Below are positions 62,201 to 64,000 of a stretch of DNA of 64,000 nt, piece after piece. Made by a program: the position numbers and the translations under genes. The notes beneath the pieces are model-generated. The model saw only the letters and a program-made list of their open reading frames with translations, had not been told where the DNA came from and made no database searches. Every line of letters begins with the position of its first letter. The first letter of the stretch is position 1. Origin of the DNA: Bugula neritina (Eukaryota; Animalia; Bryozoa). The stretch spans positions 3,749,751 to 3,813,750 of the forward strand of contig OZ037773.1 in assembly GCA_964035545.1 (NCBI GenBank). The letters are read 5' to 3'.

Positions 62201-63947
62201 GCACAGTAATTTCCAACTCTCAGCCCAATATCAGAGTTGTCCTACCAAAAAAATATATCTATAATATAGGTCAGTTATGGTTATAAGACTTAGAAAATGC
62301 ATTGCACTTTGAGCAAATGTTTTTAATAAAAATCGAAAATTATAATATAAAGTATAGTTTATACACATATAGCATAATATAAAGTATAGTTTATACACAT
62401 ATATAGCATACTATAAAGTATAGTTTATACACATATAGCATACTATAAAGTATAGTTTATACACATATAGCATACTATAAAGTATAGTTTATACACATAT
62501 AGCATACTATAAAGTATAGTTTATACACATATAGCATACTATACAGTATAGTTTATACACATATAGCATACTGTAAAGTATAGTTTATACACATACACAT
62601 ACTATAAAGTATAGTTTATACACATACACATACTATAAAGTATAGTTTATACACATACACATACTATAAAGTATAGTTTATACACATACACATACTATAA
62701 AGTATAGTTTATACACATATAGCATACTATAAAGTATAGTTTATACACATATAACATACTATGCTGCAATATTATAGAGTACATATTGCAGCATATAACG
62801 TGCTAGATAATGTGGTATTATGAAGTATATACTACAGTATTTATTACATGAGATAGTGTAGTGATATAGAGTATATATTACTATACATAATATACTATAT
62901 AATGTAGTATTACAGAGTATATATTACAGTATATAATACACTAGGCATGCATACCTCCAGCTTAACGTTGACCAGCTCAGATTTCTGATGTCGTTCTTCT
63001 CTTGTTTTAAACTCATGGATGTAATCAATGTAAATCCCTACAGATGAAAAAGCTATTACCTAATTGATTTAGTAGTAAATTCATTCCCAACAAACATATA
63101 ATATTCACATTTTCTCATTACTCTCTAAATGGAATAAATGAATCTGAATTGTGCTGCTGATTCCACTCATTTCTAGTAACTCAACAATTGACCACGCAGA
63201 CTATGCCGTCATAAGAGTTTGCTATTCGGGTACAGCACAGCGCTATGATGACTTCATACATTGGCCTTACACATGCCAATTCATATGGACAAAAGGAAGC
63301 GGAAATTATTTCTTAAATAAACTAAATAAATTTCCAAGACTCTAGGTGAGGTCACACTAACCCAAGTGAGATAGGGAGGGAAGGCTGCAACACGTATTGT
63401 AATCCTTGACATAATTGATTAGGAATTACTTCAGAATCAGACGTTAGCATATAATCCACATTATTAGAACAGGTAACACTTACCTATCCCTTTGTTTCGC
63501 CGAGACGCGACGTTTCTCAGTACCCGTCTACCGCCCGAATAGGTGATATTAATACCGGAATTAGAGTTATCTTCCAGAACTGTGTTGCTCATATCTAAAT
63601 CACAAGCCCCGCCTCTGATTCGAAAGCCTCCACCATATTGATTTCTAGAAAATTGACTGTCCGTCACCTGCAACATGGTAGGTGGGAATAGAGATAGCGT
63701 TCCATGCTATAGAGTTTTCCGGTAATGGCAGAATGGCAAGCGATATCAAACAAAAGTATACTATTTGTATTACAGTATAGAAGGAAAGCAGAGTAAACAA
63801 CTGCTGACACAAGGTAAGCGGAGTAAACAACAACACATCTCTCAGCACACACCTTGACAAAGCTGCGGGGATTTTCAATCAGGACTCCATGCAGGTTGTT
63901 GTCTGAAGATGTCACTTGAGACAGGATGACGTCCTCAGCAGGTGCTC
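40251..63947 (-). CDS. bark: Protein bark beetle/anakonda-like giant type-I membrane protein (3' portion; 5' end beyond the window)
   Basis: More than 35 exons. Two SRCR domains (IRFTEGENEFEGVLEL..WSTVCNK..CTHEDDVAMKC; LRLCGGEDKKEGFIQLY..WSLVCDPQF), many Asn-rich parallel beta-helix repeats, CUB-like segments, a C-type lectin (CLVGWQL..KCYKYF..LPFVCE), a TM segment (LLVLWVMLGVGGFLLLLAAIFVIMWFC) and a Pro/Ser-rich tail ending ETDF*. Confidence 0.85.
43135..43335. repeat. About 47-bp intronic minisatellite x4
   Basis: ATGACACTTTGTGATGTCACAGAGAGCACCTGC units. Confidence 0.8.
44055..44245. repeat. About 32-bp intronic minisatellite x6
   Basis: ACTAAGTAGAGAGCTGTAGTTGTCT units. Confidence 0.85.
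50570..50710. repeat. 10-bp degenerate repeat (GAGTACAGGT-like)
   Basis: Direct reading; lies just inside the intron from the donor near 50727. Confidence 0.75.
51355..51450 (-). repeat. 30-bp repeat x3 containing the donor site (CAATCAG|GTGAGC)
   Basis: TGTAACYGCTYACCTRATTRG at 51371, 51401 and 51431; the true donor is in the 51431 unit. Confidence 0.8.
51767..52013 (-). repeat. 28-bp minisatellite x9 built from the exon 3' end plus donor (CATCACTGTTCCCTCAG|GTAACT)
   Basis: AGTTACC (one copy AATTACC) at 51767, 51795, 51823, 51851, 51879, 51907, 51935, 51963, 51991; the last unit overlaps the coding exon. Confidence 0.92.
54398..54629. repeat. 15-bp minisatellite (TGTCAACAGATACAG/T) x~15
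   Basis: Direct reading; adjacent to an acceptor. Confidence 0.92.
55805..56222. repeat. 21-bp minisatellite (CTATACACTACATCCTGTATT) x~17 followed by (TA)n
   Basis: Direct reading. Confidence 0.95.
57283..57470. repeat. About 35-bp minisatellite (ATAGATGCTACCCCTTCACTACATGTACATACT) x~6
   Basis: Direct reading. Confidence 0.8.
58381..58682. repeat. 11-bp minisatellite (GATACAGTGTG) x~27 abutting an acceptor
   Basis: Direct reading. Confidence 0.92.
60414..60567 (-). mobile_element. tRNA-derived SINE family A copy 3 (internally deleted) with 15-bp TSD
   Basis: GCACAGACATTACAA at 60399-60413 and 60568-60582 flanks a sequence homologous to copies 1 and 2. Confidence 0.85.
61072..61215. repeat. 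21-bp minisatellite (CTACAGTAAGATATACCTATA) x~7 next to an acceptor
   Basis: CTACAGTAAG at 61080, 61101, 61122, 61143 and onward. Confidence 0.88.
62345..62762. repeat. 32-bp minisatellite x~13 with an internal quasi-palindrome (TATAAAGTATAGTTTATA)
   Basis: Direct reading. Confidence 0.93.
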
Positions 63948-64000
63948 CTAAAAACACAAAAGAAACTCCACTACAACAAACAAATACAGGATGTGAGAGA

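Overview
AT-rich, intron-rich animal genomic DNA (invertebrate, lophotrochozoan-like by gene content; the species cannot be determined from the sequence). It holds three multi-exon host genes. (1) A + strand gene (5' end outside the window, stop at 16647) whose hand-spliced core looks like a highly divergent Rel/NF-kB-type Rel-homology + IPT module between long low-complexity arms. (2) A - strand gene (38384->28309) for a type-I membrane protein with an IgGFc-binding-protein N-terminal domain. (3) The 3' 24 kb of a - strand bark beetle/anakonda-like gene (SRCR, beta-helix and C-type lectin domains, TM segment, PDZ-binding tail). Between genes 1 and 2 lies a 10.3 kb ISL2EU-type (PIF/Harbinger-related) DNA transposon with about 1 kb terminal inverted repeats, a spliced THAP-HTH-DDE transposase and a frameshifted YqaJ exonuclease. 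Nested inside it are a 5'-truncated but open RTE LINE and a MITE. Introns carry tRNA-derived SINEs and many minisatellites, several of which are tandem amplifications of the neighbouring splice site itself. All exon structures were assembled by eye from GT/AG sites and reading phase and need RNA confirmation.
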